This document shows, piece after piece, positions 44,551-59,300 of a stretch of 64,000 nt of DNA. A model generated the notes under the pieces. It was not told where the DNA came from. It made no database searches and worked only from the letters and a program-made list of their open reading frames with translations. Location: the NCBI GenBank assembly GCA_964016885.1, contig OZ024743.1, positions 1,178,001 through 1,242,000 on the forward strand. Direction: 5' to 3'. The translations under genes and the position numbers were made by a program. The DNA comes from Eledone cirrhosa. Lineage: Eukaryota. Numbering within the stretch: position 1 is the stretch's first letter; the number at the start of each line of letters is the position of its first letter.

Positions 44551-44879
44551 CAGCGTGTGTGGTGAACGTGCGTATATAATATAGGCTGCGTGGGTGACTG
44601 TCTATGTGTGATGCACGTGCTGGTCTCTCGCGCGTGCGTATGTGAATGTCTGTGTGAAGTGCGTTGTGTGCATGAGTTGTGCGTAAGTGTTTCTGTGTTC
44701 GTGTGTGAACCAAGCATGCGTGTTGTTTTTTTATGTATGAGGATGAGAGGTTATTCTGCAAATATATTCATGAATTGGTGGCATTATCCTGATGGGGTTG
44801 ACGGGAGACTCTGATGAGGAATTTAAAGTTATTAGTTCCGATTAGAATGCCGATTCTTGTAAGGAAAGAAAGATGTATA

Positions 44880-45260
44880 CCAACGGGAACGAGAACATGT
44901 GATGGGTCATTACCTAGTGTTAATAAATTATGGACTTTGTGAGCATTCCTAATGAATATGAGAGATGGAAGAGGGAAAACTCTGGAGGTAATGGGATCAT
45001 ATCAGATATAACAAAAGACACGGAAAATGTTCCGAAGATGATGTAAGATTGATATGCATTAAGTGAGAGTGACGGGCGATTTGAATTGCGGACGTTGCAG
45101 TGGAGATAACGTTGTGGAGAATTGCAAAACTGAAGAGTGTTGTGGGAGTCTAAGAAGTGTTTGAGGGTGTTGATGTACTGGTTGTTAAGGATAACGACTT
45201 TAATATATTTATCATCTGGAGTAAAGTTTAGTTGATTTAAAGGAGATTAAGTCGAAGAGA
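44880..45260 (-). pseudogene. Possible decayed Penelope RT N-terminal remnant
   Basis: Minus-strand TPDDK / KVVILNNQYINTLKHFLD resembles the PADK..VVIL..Y..L.D motif, with a KVH fragment downstream; heavily broken. Confidence 0.3.
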
Positions 45261-46538
45261 TGAAATATCTAAATTGTGGTAGATGTGAGTGGGGAGGGGG
45301 GCACAAAAATGGTAGAAAAGCTCGCAGGGTTCTTGGTTTTGTATATTTTGGCGAGGAATTAATGGTATACATATGATGATGTTAGTGGAAATGGATAAGG
45401 AGTTAGAAGCAATAAGTTGACGAATGGAGAAAGGTTTGTTGGTAAATTGAAATTGCTTCACGAATTAACTTCCCATTACCAACAAAGCAAATGCTGGGAG
45501 TATATGGGGTTGCAAATCTTTCGGAGTGCCTTCGTTTTAGTTCAATGCTTGACAACGGTAGCATATTTGTAAGCTGATGTGATAATAATATCATAACGTT
45601 ATAGGAGGGAGCGCGAAGAAAAGAATACAGCCCGGGTGATGTTGGTGCGTCGAGAATGATTCTTGAAATGAAAGTTATGGTTGGAGTGAATGAGGGGGGA
45701 GGGTTAATGGAGGTGGTGTTCGGGGAGCAGAGTTAAGGAGTGAGTTGAGATAGAAAATTGTCGTAGAGGTAAAGAAGTAAAAAAATGTAGGTGGTTCAGG
45801 TGTTGGATTGAAGAGAAGATTGCATGACAAACAGGTTAGAGAAGGAGGGGAGTTTGGAAAAGTTAATTGTTATGGTGAATTGGGAGATAACGTACATATG
45901 AAGACGGGAAGACTGGCTGAGGATGGATTCTATGGAAGTGGATGAGTAGATGTTAGAGTGAATAGGAATTTAGAATTCTCGAGTATGATGTGAATATGGA
46001 GACAGAAGCTAAAAACTGTGATGTGGCTAGTAACAGGTTTTAGAAAAGCAAATATGTGATAGGGGGAGTGGAGCTGGGAGGTAGAAGGGAGAGGGGTTAG
46101 AAAACCATTGGGCAGGAATGTAGATGGTTGTGGAGAGTTCTGTGGTTGTGAATATTGTTAAGGAGGGAAATTGAGGGGGAGGAGAGTGACAGAGGCGACA
46201 AATAAGGAAAAGATGATAAGAAGGAAAATAAAGATGGGTAAAGAAGGTGGTAGAAGAAAGAAGATAAACGGTGGAGAAAGGATGACAAAACAAAGGATGG
46301 TAAAATAGAAAGGAAAGAAAAGAACAAAAAAAATCAAAACAGGAGGGGGCAGGGGAAAGAAAGTAAGTGGAAAGAAAAATAAACTGTAAAAAATGGCCGC
46401 GAGAAATTGGAGCACGTCAAACGGCAGTAAAATTAGACGGTTGGTTGCATGAGAGAGAGTGAAGATAGGGATACAAGCTAGAAATCTGAATTTAAATTGA
46501 GTCGGCATAAGCGTTGATTCTGTAATGCAAATACATAA

Positions 46539-46573
<35 letters not shown>

Positions 46574-47949
46574 AACAAAGTACATGGTACGATGATAACC
46601 TATTAGTGAACAGCTTGAAACGAAATGCAAAGCATGTCGTTAAAGCTTAAGACATTAACTGAAGAAAATAATAGGAAGCGATGAGAAAACAGGCATATAG
46701 ACCAAAAAGTTAAAATGAAATACAAATAGTTAAAATTCAGTTAAAATTAAATGTGGTCGAAGACAAAATCGTATTTAGTGAGGAACTATGAAGTGGCTCC
46801 AAGTGTGAGCCAGCTTGTATGTGAGTAAGTATATGTGTTAATGTGTATCCTTTGTAAGTGTACATGCTTTTTTGGCATGTAAGTGTATGCATGTGTTATG
46901 GCTATGTATAAGGGGATTTAAATTTGCTTTTAAGCACACATGTGCAAAGACACATTGGCACATACCTACATACATACAGATATACATGCACGCACAAACA
47001 CACACACACACGCACACACACACGTACACGCGTACACACACACATATATATATATGGGCATGTATGTGTATTTGAGTTCAGTTCTGTGTGTGTATTCTTT
47101 TGGTGTGAACGCACGTGTGAAATACCTGTATTGTTTTTATGTTTGGCAGAAAAAAAAATGTTCAGGCGAAAAACACGTGTGTTGGCAAATTAGCTGCTGT
47201 CAGGAAAAAAAAAGGAAGTAGTTCAGATGGTAAAAGAGTACGAGCACGCTAACTTAATGATAGAGTATATAAAGCATTGAAATTGAAGATAGGTTGTGTG
47301 ATTTGAACGAAATTTGCGATATTGTTTTTGTACATCAAGGAATATATTCACTAGTGAACGCTTCCATTATGTAGGGTTTGATTTATGAGAATTTTGACTG
47401 CTATTTTAAACGTGTCGACCTTCCGTTTTGTTGTTAGGTCTAATCGCAGAGATATGTGACAAAAGACATTTCAATTACGATTATACCATTTTTTTTCTAT
47501 ATTACAGTGCTCACATTGTCCTTCCCTTTGTAAAACAAACATATACACGCATATAAAAAGTGGAAGTGATCTACATGGTGATAGTGGATGAAACACAAGT
47601 ATATATGTTGTATCTGCATCAGTTAAAAATGTAGCTTCGAATAATTATTTGAAATCTAAGAAAGAAATATTAAAAGGATGTCTACATATCATAGGACAAC
47701 TCTTTTCTTAGTGGAAACACTCAATCAATTCACCAGATCTCCAAACACCTTGATACTGATTTCTATACTTTCTAAATATTTTTTCTATTTTCCATACGTT
47801 ACACCGTACACCTTCTATACTAATCAACTGCCTACACGAGGCAGATAACATCATGAGATTTGGAAAGGAGCTTCTCGAATAATCACTACCTACATGATAA
47901 CCAAACATCATACCCTGGGATATTACACAATCAATACCGCAATGAATCA

Positions 47950-48745
47950 AGGGATGAAAAACTGCATGCTTATCAACAAAAGCTTATGCACGGTTATGAT
48001 CCAGGAAGGTCTAATTTGAGAGTAATATAGATATGTAAAGTAGTCTATCTTGGACCAATAACTGCTATACTGGCTCTCACTTTGAAAGATATGCTTTTGC
48101 ATGCAAGAACAGGATAAATAACTTTATTCAAAAAAGAGATAGGGATGCAGGAAAATCACCTAGATGTGAAACCAGATACAGACTGCGGAATTAACATCGA
48201 AGATGTCACCAATATCATAATCAGCTGTACAATTATGTCATCACAATACTATCTACCTGTGAGGTATGTTGTAGTGGCCAAAACACTGTACAATGCAATC
48301 GTAGAAAAGATAGCCCCGACAATAAACATATTAAAAGTTACAGCAATGTGGAGGACATACATACATATTTTGGAAGAGTACAGATGGAATGTTCCAGTTA
48401 AAACCCTAATAAAATACAAACACAACAAACTAGACATAGTGATATGGGACAGAGAAAAGAGATCATGCACAGTGGTGAAAGTCAGCTGCCCAATAGCTGT
48501 CAATATAATGCTATAATGCTAAAGATCAATGAAAAGGAAAATTTGTGTTGAACTAAGGAGAAATCTGCAGACACTCCACCCTTTAGATTTGTACCAGCTA
48601 TCATTGAGGCTCTTGGATACGTTACTAACTGCCTCATTACAAATCTCAAGAAGCTGGGCCTCACAGAACAAGAGAGAGCATGGCTAATTAGAAAGTTGCA
48701 AGTACAATACATTAATGCAACTGTGAAAATATGTTAAACTTTTCA
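47950..48745 (+). mobile_element. Decayed R4/NeSL-like LINE 3' end (zinc finger plus restriction-like endonuclease)
   Basis: C..EDVTNIIISC..YYLPVR, WNVPVKT..HNKLDIVIWD..C..VKVSCP, then FVPAIIEALG. Confidence 0.7.
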
Positions 48746-50195
48746 GAAATTCTGCATATAATAACTACGTATTCACATGTATTGACACAGAAAAATATGC
48801 ACGTGTACACAGAAAAATATGCATATGTACATATAACTAAAACCTGCAGATTCACACATACAATAACTTCCATACTTGCGCTCCCACACACACGCGCGTG
48901 CACGCACGCATAGACAACACATACGTATTTACCTAGTTGATGTCTAAATTCCAATGAAGTGTCTTTGTCTATGTTAGAAACTGGCTCTCTATTGGTGAAG
49001 GTTGTCAAATAATAAAACCATACATAGATACATATGCAAACAGGATGGCTGCAAACTCTGCTAAGAGTATTGCAATCACTTGTCAATTACAGAAAATGGT
49101 GCACTTTTAGGCTACGGCCAGCCACACGAACCTGTAACAGATCCTGAACAAACAATGCCTGTGCTTTGAAGGTTTTTTGAGTGGGGAAAGGCCTTTCAGT
49201 CGACTAATACCACTCTCTGAGCATCGAAAACACTACCTGAAGCCGCAGGGTTTTTTTCAGACTTTCCCTCTCCTAGAAAGGTGTTGTGACAACAACTTGG
49301 AGCCTTTCACTCCCAGGTAAAAAAAACCCTACTATTTGGATGGCCGTTAACTCTGTTGAGTTCCTCAGCCGTTTGCCGGGTCTTGTATTTCATCCCGCAG
49401 GGTGTCCAAATATCACCCTCCTCACCAAGCAAGTTTGGTGGGGTTGCCGGTTTAGTCACCAACGACCCGACCATGAGACATACATACGTTCATACATACA
49501 TACATACATACATACATACATACATACATACATACATACATACATACATACATACATGCATACATATATACATATGTTTATTTACCTTTACATATTAATA
49601 TTCATACAGTGTTGTAGCCTTTCATCTTTCTGTAAGGACATCCCATTTCAATGATAAAAATCATTCTTGAAATAATTCAATGCGAATATCGAAACCACCT
49701 CACTGATCCGTCTACACAGAAACTTACACACGAGAAAAATAAAAAGTCAATAATTAAAAACTTAACACAAAAATAATGCGTGTATATTTGTATATTCGCA
49801 TACAAATGTGCATACGTGAGTGAGATTCTATTTTTCTGCGAGAGTATGTAAATACTGATGATTAAGTGCGACCAGGTGCGTCATGATGTGTGCATATGTG
49901 CTTCTATGTGTCTCTGTGTGACGATGTGCTTCTGTCTGTGTGTGTATGTTTGTCTGTGAGTCTGGGTGTGTGTATGTCTGTGTGTATTTATATTTATGTG
50001 TATGTACGTATTTGTGTTAAACCAATTATTCTTCATCTCATTTCCTGTGCTTCTGGTACCATTTCCTAACATTTTCCATAAAATATCATTGATGTATCAC
50101 AAACACTGATAGAGGTACACACACACACGCACACACACATATATACACACAAACACGCACACACACACACACACATATATATATATTCACACGCT

Positions 50196-50262
<67 letters not shown>

Positions 50263-50650
50263 GCATACGTACATATACGCACGTACACGTACACATATGT
50301 ATGAACACACACGCACATACACACACATACACATGCAGGCAAAACACACACGCACTGGGAGATACACGCAAGTAAAATAAAAAAGGAATAATATAAGTAT
50401 ACATAGACAAAACTAGGAAATTCGGTCATATTTAATGTGTTGTATATGTGTTTGTGTTTGTGTGTCAGAGTGTTGTGTGTCTAATATATACATATAATTT
50501 ATTTTTATAATACTCTATTATATAAACACAGCAGAAGACAAATATAAAATTAGAACTTGCTGTAATTTAGCGTAATATGATGTATATATACGTACGTACA
50601 AACAAACTAACACATATTGCAACATACATACATACACACATACATACATA

Positions 50651-51262
50651 TATGGTGGCTGCCAACTCGTTTTCGAGTACGGCCACTACTTTATATCCAT
50701 GTAGGAGAACCCCTACCGATGCGCTGAACGAATGTGACTTTTTAGTCCAGCCAGCGACTTGAAAACTCTGGCACAAAGACTACGCTTGTGACCATTATTG
50801 ACACATAGTGCAGGGCCCATGGTACCATGTGATGACAAGTGCAGAGAGATCTCCAGATATAAAGCAATGCCTGTGCTGTGAAGCTTTTATAGTGAGCAAA
50901 GGCACTGCACAAAGCCAGTCCCACTCTCTTAACCAAGATGATATTTACCAAAAAGAAGAACAAGTCAACATCATTGGATACCATCAGGGTTGCAGGTGTT
51001 ATATCAGAGTTTTCCTTCTCCTAGAATTCTGCCTTGACAAAGGCTAAGGGGTCATCTCTCCCAGTGATTTTGGATGGCTATTGACTCTTAAGAGCTCCCT
51101 TGCCCTTTGACAGGTTTTGTTTTTAGTCCTGCAGGATGTCCAAAGTCACCCTCCTCACCAAGAAACCTTGGTGGGGTTGCCAGTTTAGTCGCCAACGACC
51201 CGACCATGAGACAGGTTGTACTGGGATACATGTTACCAGTAGCACCAACTGGTGACCTGACA
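50651..51262 (-). mobile_element. Complete ~610-bp copy of the RTE-UTR-like repeat, between (CATA)n tracts
   Basis: 50651-51060 matches 533-941, and 51068-51262 matches 248-441. Confidence 0.7.
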
Positions 51263-51667
51263 TACATATATACGTACATACATACATACATACATATATT
51301 CATACATACATACATACTTACATACATACATACATATATACATATATACGTACATGCATACATACATACATTCATACTTACATACATACATATATACGTA
51401 CATACATACATACATACATACATACATACATACATACATACATACATACATACATACATACATACATAAAAAGAGATATCATTCATACATACGTACGTAC
51501 GTACATACATATATTCATACATGCAGTTATATATATATATATGTGTGTGTTTGTGTGTGTATATGTGTGTGTGGGGGGGGGTATACGCAGTTTATGTGTA
51601 TACGTGTACACTAAATTATTTTTATCGCCCTCCTCTGTCTGTATGCCTCTCATTCTGTCTCTTTCTC

Positions 51668-51722
<55 letters not shown>

Positions 51723-53566
51723 AACACACACACCAAGGCAAACACAAAAATAGAACGTGTATGATAATGAGGCTTTCTAGGTTAAATTACACGATGGTAA
51801 TGCTTCTGCTGGTCCCACTGGTCTAATAATGTACAAACAATCACGCACACACTTACACATACATATACGTACACACGCTCAAGATCATTTGGTTCTGTGT
51901 TCAATTACCAGGAGCGCGTTATGTCCTTCAGCAAGACACTATTTCGGATTACTCCAGTCCACGCAGCTGGAAAAATGTGCTCCTTTACTTCAAATCGCCA
52001 ATGTGTCATGCTGACTCTCCCTGAGATTTAGATTAAGTGTGCACGTGTCCATTGAATGCTCAGCCAATTACATGTTAATTTTATTAGCTGACTGTTCCGT
52101 TGATCAAACATCTGGACCACTCATTGTAATAACCGACGTAACTAAAACACACGCACTAACTGCCTATTGCAACTTTTGGAAAATGTAAGTATTTTGAAAG
52201 GATAAAATAAATACCAGTACTGAGCTCGATATGATTAACTAAATCATGGCAGTGCCCCAGCATCACTGCAGTCTACTGAAATCAATAAAATAGTAAAAGC
52301 TTATTAGAAATAACCTTCACGGATGGAGAAAGACAAAACTTTGCGGCATATCTTATGATTCTGGGTCACAATTTCAAGAAAGAAATAAGAGGAACACGTT
52401 TAAATAATGTATTTATGAATCAAATACCCAGAGAATATCTCCACTTTTTAATTATTGTAGTGTCCGATATAAGGCAGATCAAACTGTTATAGCACTACAA
52501 TCGATCACGTAATCACTATCAGTGGCTCATAATTATGAAGTGAAGTGTTGATGCGAATTTCTGATCCTCAAGACTTCACCACAATATGTTCATGCATCAG
52601 ACGCGTGACAAGGGATGTGTGAAGACGCAGATGTTTCAAGCAATCAAGCACTCAAGTGTGATTGCTTGTGTATGTCTGCTCGTTTGTACGTTTGTGTTTG
52701 TGTTTGTGCGTGTGTGCATTTGTGTATATGCATGTGTTTGTGTATATATATGTGTGTATGTGTGTGTTTGTGTGATTGTGTGTCTGTGGATGTGGGTTGC
52801 CTAAACCTGATCGGGTTTATACATCCCAGATTCACACAAAAAAACGCTGACGCATGCTCTCACACACACTCACACACACACGGTGTGTGATGTTAAGCAA
52901 CTGGTTATCTAAACACATTTCAGGCATATCCTCAGACATTTAAAATGATTAAAACAAAAAAGAAATTAAAGGCGAATCCAACGAATGTAAGAACAAAGAC
53001 AACATTAGTAAGAGTAACAGGAACTATATCAACATCAAGCAAAACCAACAGCAGCAAAGAACCTACTTCTTTTACCTCAGTCTTTTCTCACATAAAGGTC
53101 TTCCTTTGCCGAAAGCACCAATTGAATTATATTATCCTATAAATAAATAATATATAAATATATGTATGTATGTATATGTATGTATATGTATATATATATA
53201 TTTTTTTTCTTTTTTCGTTTTATATCAAAAACCTTGTTTATAAATAATATTATTCTTTCTTTCCCATTTCCTTAACATGTTCAACATCACATTATTTCCT
53301 CTAAAACATTTTATACCAATGCAAATTCCCCCCTTTGATAATGCATAAAATGCTGAAACCGGTAATAGACAATTATTAAATATATAAATAATTAAATAAA
53401 TAAATAAATGCCATTGTTGATTAATAAATAAATTAACTAATACCTTAACACTTCACACAAAGTAAAATATTTTGTTTTAAACATTTTCTAACCCAGAAAA
53501 AAGAGAAAAAAATAAAATGAAAATTTTTTTTTTCTTCCTAATAATCGTCTTTTTATCCCTATTTCC

Positions 53567-53600
<34 letters not shown>

Positions 53601-53793
53601 GTGAGGTTTTTTACAAAATGAAAAATAACCAAGGTGTCCTACACGAGTGAAAGTATAAAGAAAAAAAGATGAAATCGAAAATGCAACTGGAGTCTATTTT
53701 AAAATAAATATATATATTTATTTGGTTCTTTTACCGGCTTCGTAGTTCTTCTGCTTTTCAAAAGTAGAGTTAAGAGGGAGGGTCTGTGGTTTT

Positions 53794-53937
<144 letters not shown>

Positions 53938-54283
53938 TGTGTATGCATACATATGTATATATATATATATATATATTGAATTCACAAGAATCAAGCCTAG
54001 GCTTGGTAATATTATATATATATATATGTATATGTATGTATGCATACATATGTATATATATATATACATATGTATGCATACATACATATACATATATATA
54101 TATATAATATTACCAAGCCTAGGTTTGATTCTTGTGAATTCAATATATATATATATATATTTGTGTGTGTGTGTGTGTGTGTGTATGTTTGCGTGTGTAT
54201 GTATGTATGTAAAACGTAAACAGAAATAATATAGAAAGGCGCCTACAGGACTATTACTGTTTCATTTGGGAGAAATTATCAGG

Positions 54284-54332
54284 GCCTCCTGACGATTTCT
54301 CCCGAATGAAACAGTTCTAGTCCTGTAGAAGC
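54284..54332 (+). ncRNA. Type I hammerhead (family A variant) in fold-back 54229-54342
   Basis: GCCTC-CTGACGA-TTTC tccc GAAT-GAAAC-AG..CT-GTA|GAAGC, with one stem I mismatch. Confidence 0.75.
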
Positions 54333-54539
54333 CTTTCTATATGAAATATATATATACTCTGCTTTGTATTGAGTACCTTACTTACACTGGTTACCCCCGA
54401 TTGAACCCGGGATAAACATATATATAAATATAAATATGTGTGTGTTTGTGTGTGTGTGTGTGTGTTTGATGTTAGCTATGATGCTCCCATAGGCGGTATG
54501 CCGGTTGAGCACTCTATGTTCTTACAGAGCAGAGTGTGA

Positions 54540-54839
54540 TATAATATAAAACGTAAAATCAGTGATGCATCTGGACTCAATTTATTGTGTGTTACAATTG
54601 TTTCGCCGGAAGACAGCTCGATACACGATCATTGTATGGATCTGTCTGATTCTGGAACTGCAGGTTCGTCGGACACTGGCAATAATTCCGGAATTATTGC
54701 CAGTGTCCGACGAACCTACGGTTCCAGAATCAGACAGATCCATACAATGATCGTGTATCGAGCTGTCTTCCGGCGAAACAATTGTAACACACAATAAATT
54801 GAGTCCAGATGCATCACTGATTTTTCGTTTTATATTATA
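54540..54839. repeat. 300-bp spacerless, near-perfect palindrome
   Basis: Centre AATTCC|GGAATT at 54689/54690, with only a few arm mismatches. Confidence 0.95.
54703..54790 (+). ncRNA. Type I hammerhead, U4C core, long stem II (mirror copy at 54589-54676, minus)
   Basis: GTGT-CCGACGA-[~60-nt structured insert]-GAAAC-AATT-GTA|ACAC, with palindromic stem III ACAATTGT. Confidence 0.7.
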
Positions 54840-54870
54840 TAAATATATATAAATATATATATATATATAT

Positions 54871-54990
<120 letters not shown>

Positions 54991-55072
54991 GTTATTCCGG
55001 GTTGAATCGGAGGTAACCACAGTAAGTAAGGTACTCAATACATTGCAGAGTATAAAAGTTTTAATATAGATG

Positions 55073-55123
55073 AGATTCTACAGGACTAGAACTGTTTCAT
55101 TCTTTAGAAATCATCAGGAATCT
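55073..55123 (-). ncRNA. Type I hammerhead (family A)
   Basis: AGATTC-CTGATGA-TTTC taaa GAAT-GAAAC..GTA|GAATCT, in the left arm of the inverted repeat ~55057-55487. Confidence 0.85.
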
Positions 55124-55419
55124 GGGTATCAAAAAATAACTATGGTATTTATAGGTCTCTACAAGTGGTAGGAGAGGGTGGGGGTGGGATGGGTGTAGGT
55201 CATTGGTTGATAGAAAAGGGAATTCATTATTGTTTATAGAATTCTGTCTGCCTTTGTTACTCTAAAAACAAAAATAAATAAAAATAAACTATAGCTTTGT
55301 AGAATTAGCTTTTAATGAATTCCCTTTTCTATCAACCAATGACCTACACCCATCCCACCCCCAACCCTCTCCTACCACTTGTAGAGACCTATAAATACCA
55401 CACTTATTTTTTGATACCC

Positions 55420-55470
55420 AGATTCCTGATGATTTCTAAAGAATGAAACAGTTCTAGTCCTGTAGAATCT
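55420..55470 (+). ncRNA. Type I hammerhead (family A)
   Basis: Same motif in the right arm. Confidence 0.85.
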
Positions 55471-56386
55471 CATCTATATTAAAACTTATATATATATATA
55501 TATAAAATAGGGTTGTTGTATCGAAACACGTGTAAGAGTTATATAAAGACGTTTTAACGGCTTGTAAATTCTTCATTCACTCATTCTTTTGCTTATGTAT
55601 ATGTGTGAGGGGGGGGGGCGTGTGTGTATAATAACTCTCTTGAATGAAAAATAGAGAAGCATACATATAACATGATTGTGCCATGGGAAGAGCACAATCA
55701 TACTGTACTTTTACACTTAAATTAACTATGAGGAACAGCAAAGGGAATGCATCAGTATATTTGAAACCTAGGTTAAACATATGAGTGACAGCTTTAAATA
55801 TCATTACATGGTGGGGGTTTATTTTCATTTATGATATGGCGATTAAGTAGGTGGGTAACAGTTTTAATAACAACTTGTACCGGATATTGCAGCAAAACTA
55901 CCTAGAAAATAAAACCCATACGTTACCAGCATTTCCGCCAAACAACATTATGTTGGGGAACTCTGAAAGATTTCTGAAGAAAAGGTTTATCATTAGTTGT
56001 ATTTGTTCCACAAGTAAATTTTATCTGCAGATATGAGTTATATGTTTGAAGAAAGGGAAATAGTACACTGCTGTTAGCATAGAGAGGACAAAAATAGAGT
56101 TAGTTAGATAGATAGATAGATATATTTCTTTTATTTGCCACTAGGGCATCAAAAGTGGGACAAGTACAAAGGGGGGAGTTTACACAAAAAGGCGTCCTCA
56201 ATAAGGAGGAGGCAATAACAAAATATAAAAATAAAATAAGATATAACAAAAAATAAAATTTTTAACAAAATCCTCAATAGAGAGGAGGCGCCTTGGGGGG
56301 TCGCACACACCCCCGAAAAAAGTGTGCAACCCTTCTCCTCAGGAGCACAGAGAAGGGGTGCTCCCTTGGTCTTTCATCTTCCTCAC

Positions 56387-59300
56387 CTATAGTCTGATGT
56401 AGAGTGAAGGCCCATTCACACGGGCCATTCTCGCCACTTTCACCCATCTTTCATAGAAACGGCTGGGGTGCAGCACCTCTCTCTCCATCCTGATCCTTCT
56501 TCCGAAATGATATCGGAAGAAACGGACCAGTTGTTGGCCAGAGAGAAAGGTGCCCGACCTCAGTCCTTTCAGACGCGTCCACCATACAACCTCTTTCGCC
56601 ATGGCTATTACGCACAGAAACACCGCCTCTGCTTCATCTTTGAAGGGGGGAGGCGGCTTGATCATTACAATAGACTCGGTGGTCAACCGGATCGGTCCCA
56701 CCCTTGACAGCAGTTGTTCGACATAGCCCCACAGATCGGCTACGCCCGAGCAGTGTACTAATGCGTGTGCAACGGTTTCCTCGTCGCACACGCATCTGGG
56801 ACAGATCTTTTTGGCGGGGTCCCTACCCGGGCGCCCGTGTCTGTAGAGCCTTTCTCGAACGGGTAAAGCCCCTCGGTAGCACTGCCAGGCCAGGGACTTC
56901 TGGAAGTTGTCCATAGGTCCCGGGCTGAATGTCCTACCGAAAAGGCTGGCCAGTTCGTCCTCCTCCATGTCTAGGGCTTCTCCGAGGGCGTCGTCGCACC
57001 TGCTGCGTACCAGCCCTCTATAGAATGTTGCGGTGGAGTCTCCACTGATAACCGGATCCGCCTGCCAGAGGGCGGTGAGCGCCTGGGCACACTCAGTGTG
57101 CCAGGCGCCCAGTTTTCTCGGTCTTTGCTTGACCCAGGATTGCAGCTCGGTGAGTGAGACGAGTCTGGGAAAGGTTCGTCTCACAAACGAGGCCCACACC
57201 GGTTGTCCGGTGAGGAATACGTAGAGGTGCCGTAGCCTTAATGCGTGTTTACGCATCATTAGCCACGGCATCCCCAGCCCTCCTTTCGAAGGGTGTTGAC
57301 AGCAGATGGATCTCCTCACCATAGGAGCCCGCCTCTTCCAAAGGAATTGGAAGAGCGCGCGCTCCATCTTGGTGAGGGTTTCCCTTGGGCAGGGCACTAC
57401 GGTCAGGCGGTAGTAGATGACGGACGCTATGTAGGTGTTCGCCACCTCCGCCCGACCTTTCAGGGATAGTTTGCAACTGGCCCACTTCTGGGTCAGTGCA
57501 AACACTCTGTTCGTAACCTCCGCCCAGTTTTTCTCCACCTGGAGGTCCGGTCCGAACCAGACCCCGAGCAACTTCACCGGGCCCTCCGTCCAGCGTCCGA
57601 CGACGCTATCGGAGGGCATCGGTCTGCCCCTCCACGTGCCGAGTTGCAAACCGATCGACTTGTCCCGGTTCAGCTTAGCCCCTGTGAACTTTTCGTACTC
57701 CTCCAGTAAGGTGCCGACCGCCTCGATTTCGGAGGCCGTCGACACCATTACTGTCACGTCATCGGCGTAGGCCGACACCGCTTTCCGCAATCCCGGTTCC
57801 AAAGGGATGCCCTGCAACAACTCCAACTTCCGCAGTAGTGGCTCGAGAGTCAATACATACAGAAGGGAGGAGAGAGGGCACCCTTGTCGGATGGACCGCG
57901 CGATTTTGAACGGCTCCGAGAGGTAGCCGTTCACCTTGACCCTAGAGCAGATGCGGCTGCTGTGCATAGCAGTGATCCAGCCCCTGAAAACGGGTCCGAA
58001 GCCTGCCGCCGCTAGCACCGCATCCAGGTAACCATGGTCGACCCTATCGAACGCCTTAGATTGATCCAAGTTGATCAGAGCCCCACCAAAGCCGGGTTCG
58101 TTCCCAACCCTCTCTATGATGTATCGCATGAGGTGGAGGTTGTCATGGATGGACCTGGACGGGATAGCGCATGTCTGCGCATCTCCCACCAGGTTGCCCA
58201 CGACAAGCGCCAACCTCTTTGCTAGCACCTTGGCCAAAATCTGTAACTCTGTATTTAGCAGTGTTATGGGCCTGAAGTTACTTATTTCGTCCCCCTTGTT
58301 CTCGTCCTTCCTCACTAGCGTGACTACGCCCTTGGTCACAGTACAGGGAATTCTCCCGTTCTGTTGCCAGTTGCAGTAGACCGCCTCGAGGAGATCGGGG
58401 AACAAGTCCGGCATAGCTAGATATAATTCGTAAGGAAGACCATCGAGACCCGGGGATTTGCGTTTGCCGCATTGGCTCAGCACGTCCTCTATCTCAGCGG
58501 CCGAAATCGGCTCCTCGCAGGACTTCGCCTCCCTGTCCGAGAGGCGCGGCAGGCCGTCGAGGTATGGACCGAAGTCCACGTTCCCAACCGGCTCCCCGCC
58601 CCTCCCGAACAGTCGGGCAAAGTGCCTTTGAAAGGCCTCACACATCTGCTTAGGCTCAAGAATCGCCCGTCCATCCAGGTCTCGCAAAGACCGGATGGTG
58701 GATTTAGTTCCACTGTTGGCCTCTGTCACGCGGGCCCAGCTAACAGCTTTGGTCCCCTCGTTCCCTAAAGCACGTATTTTACTTCGGACAACGCAGCCTT
58801 CGTGCTTCGCGTCGAAAAACTGGCTCAAAGCCGTTCTCGACGCTAGCACTCTGGCCACGTCGCCGCTTCTAATTGCCTCTTCTACTCTATCTATTAGCTC
58901 CCTTTCCTTCCTATTCCTATCCGCAGCTAGAACCTTACTAAATTCTATCGAGACTACTCTAATCTCTCTCTTTAGAGATACCCACCACCTGCTGTTGACG
59001 ATCGCTCCAGTCAACCGTTCCTTAACTAACGTACTAATCCGATTCCTGTAGGCTCTACTTGCCGGCAAGGACAAGTTGAGCTTCCAGTAACCGGGGCCCT
59101 GTCTATGAGTTCTGTCAAGGTTGACCATGCAGGTCACTAATTTGTGGTCTGAATAGCCAACAATGCGCATTTTTGGACAACTTAAAAAGTCCTTATCCTT
59201 AATTCTAACTAAGAACCTATCTAGGTACGACCTAGATGATCCGCTACGATTTGCCCAAGTCCAGGTTGGCGCAGTCGGAAAATCTAGTCGATATCTATCG

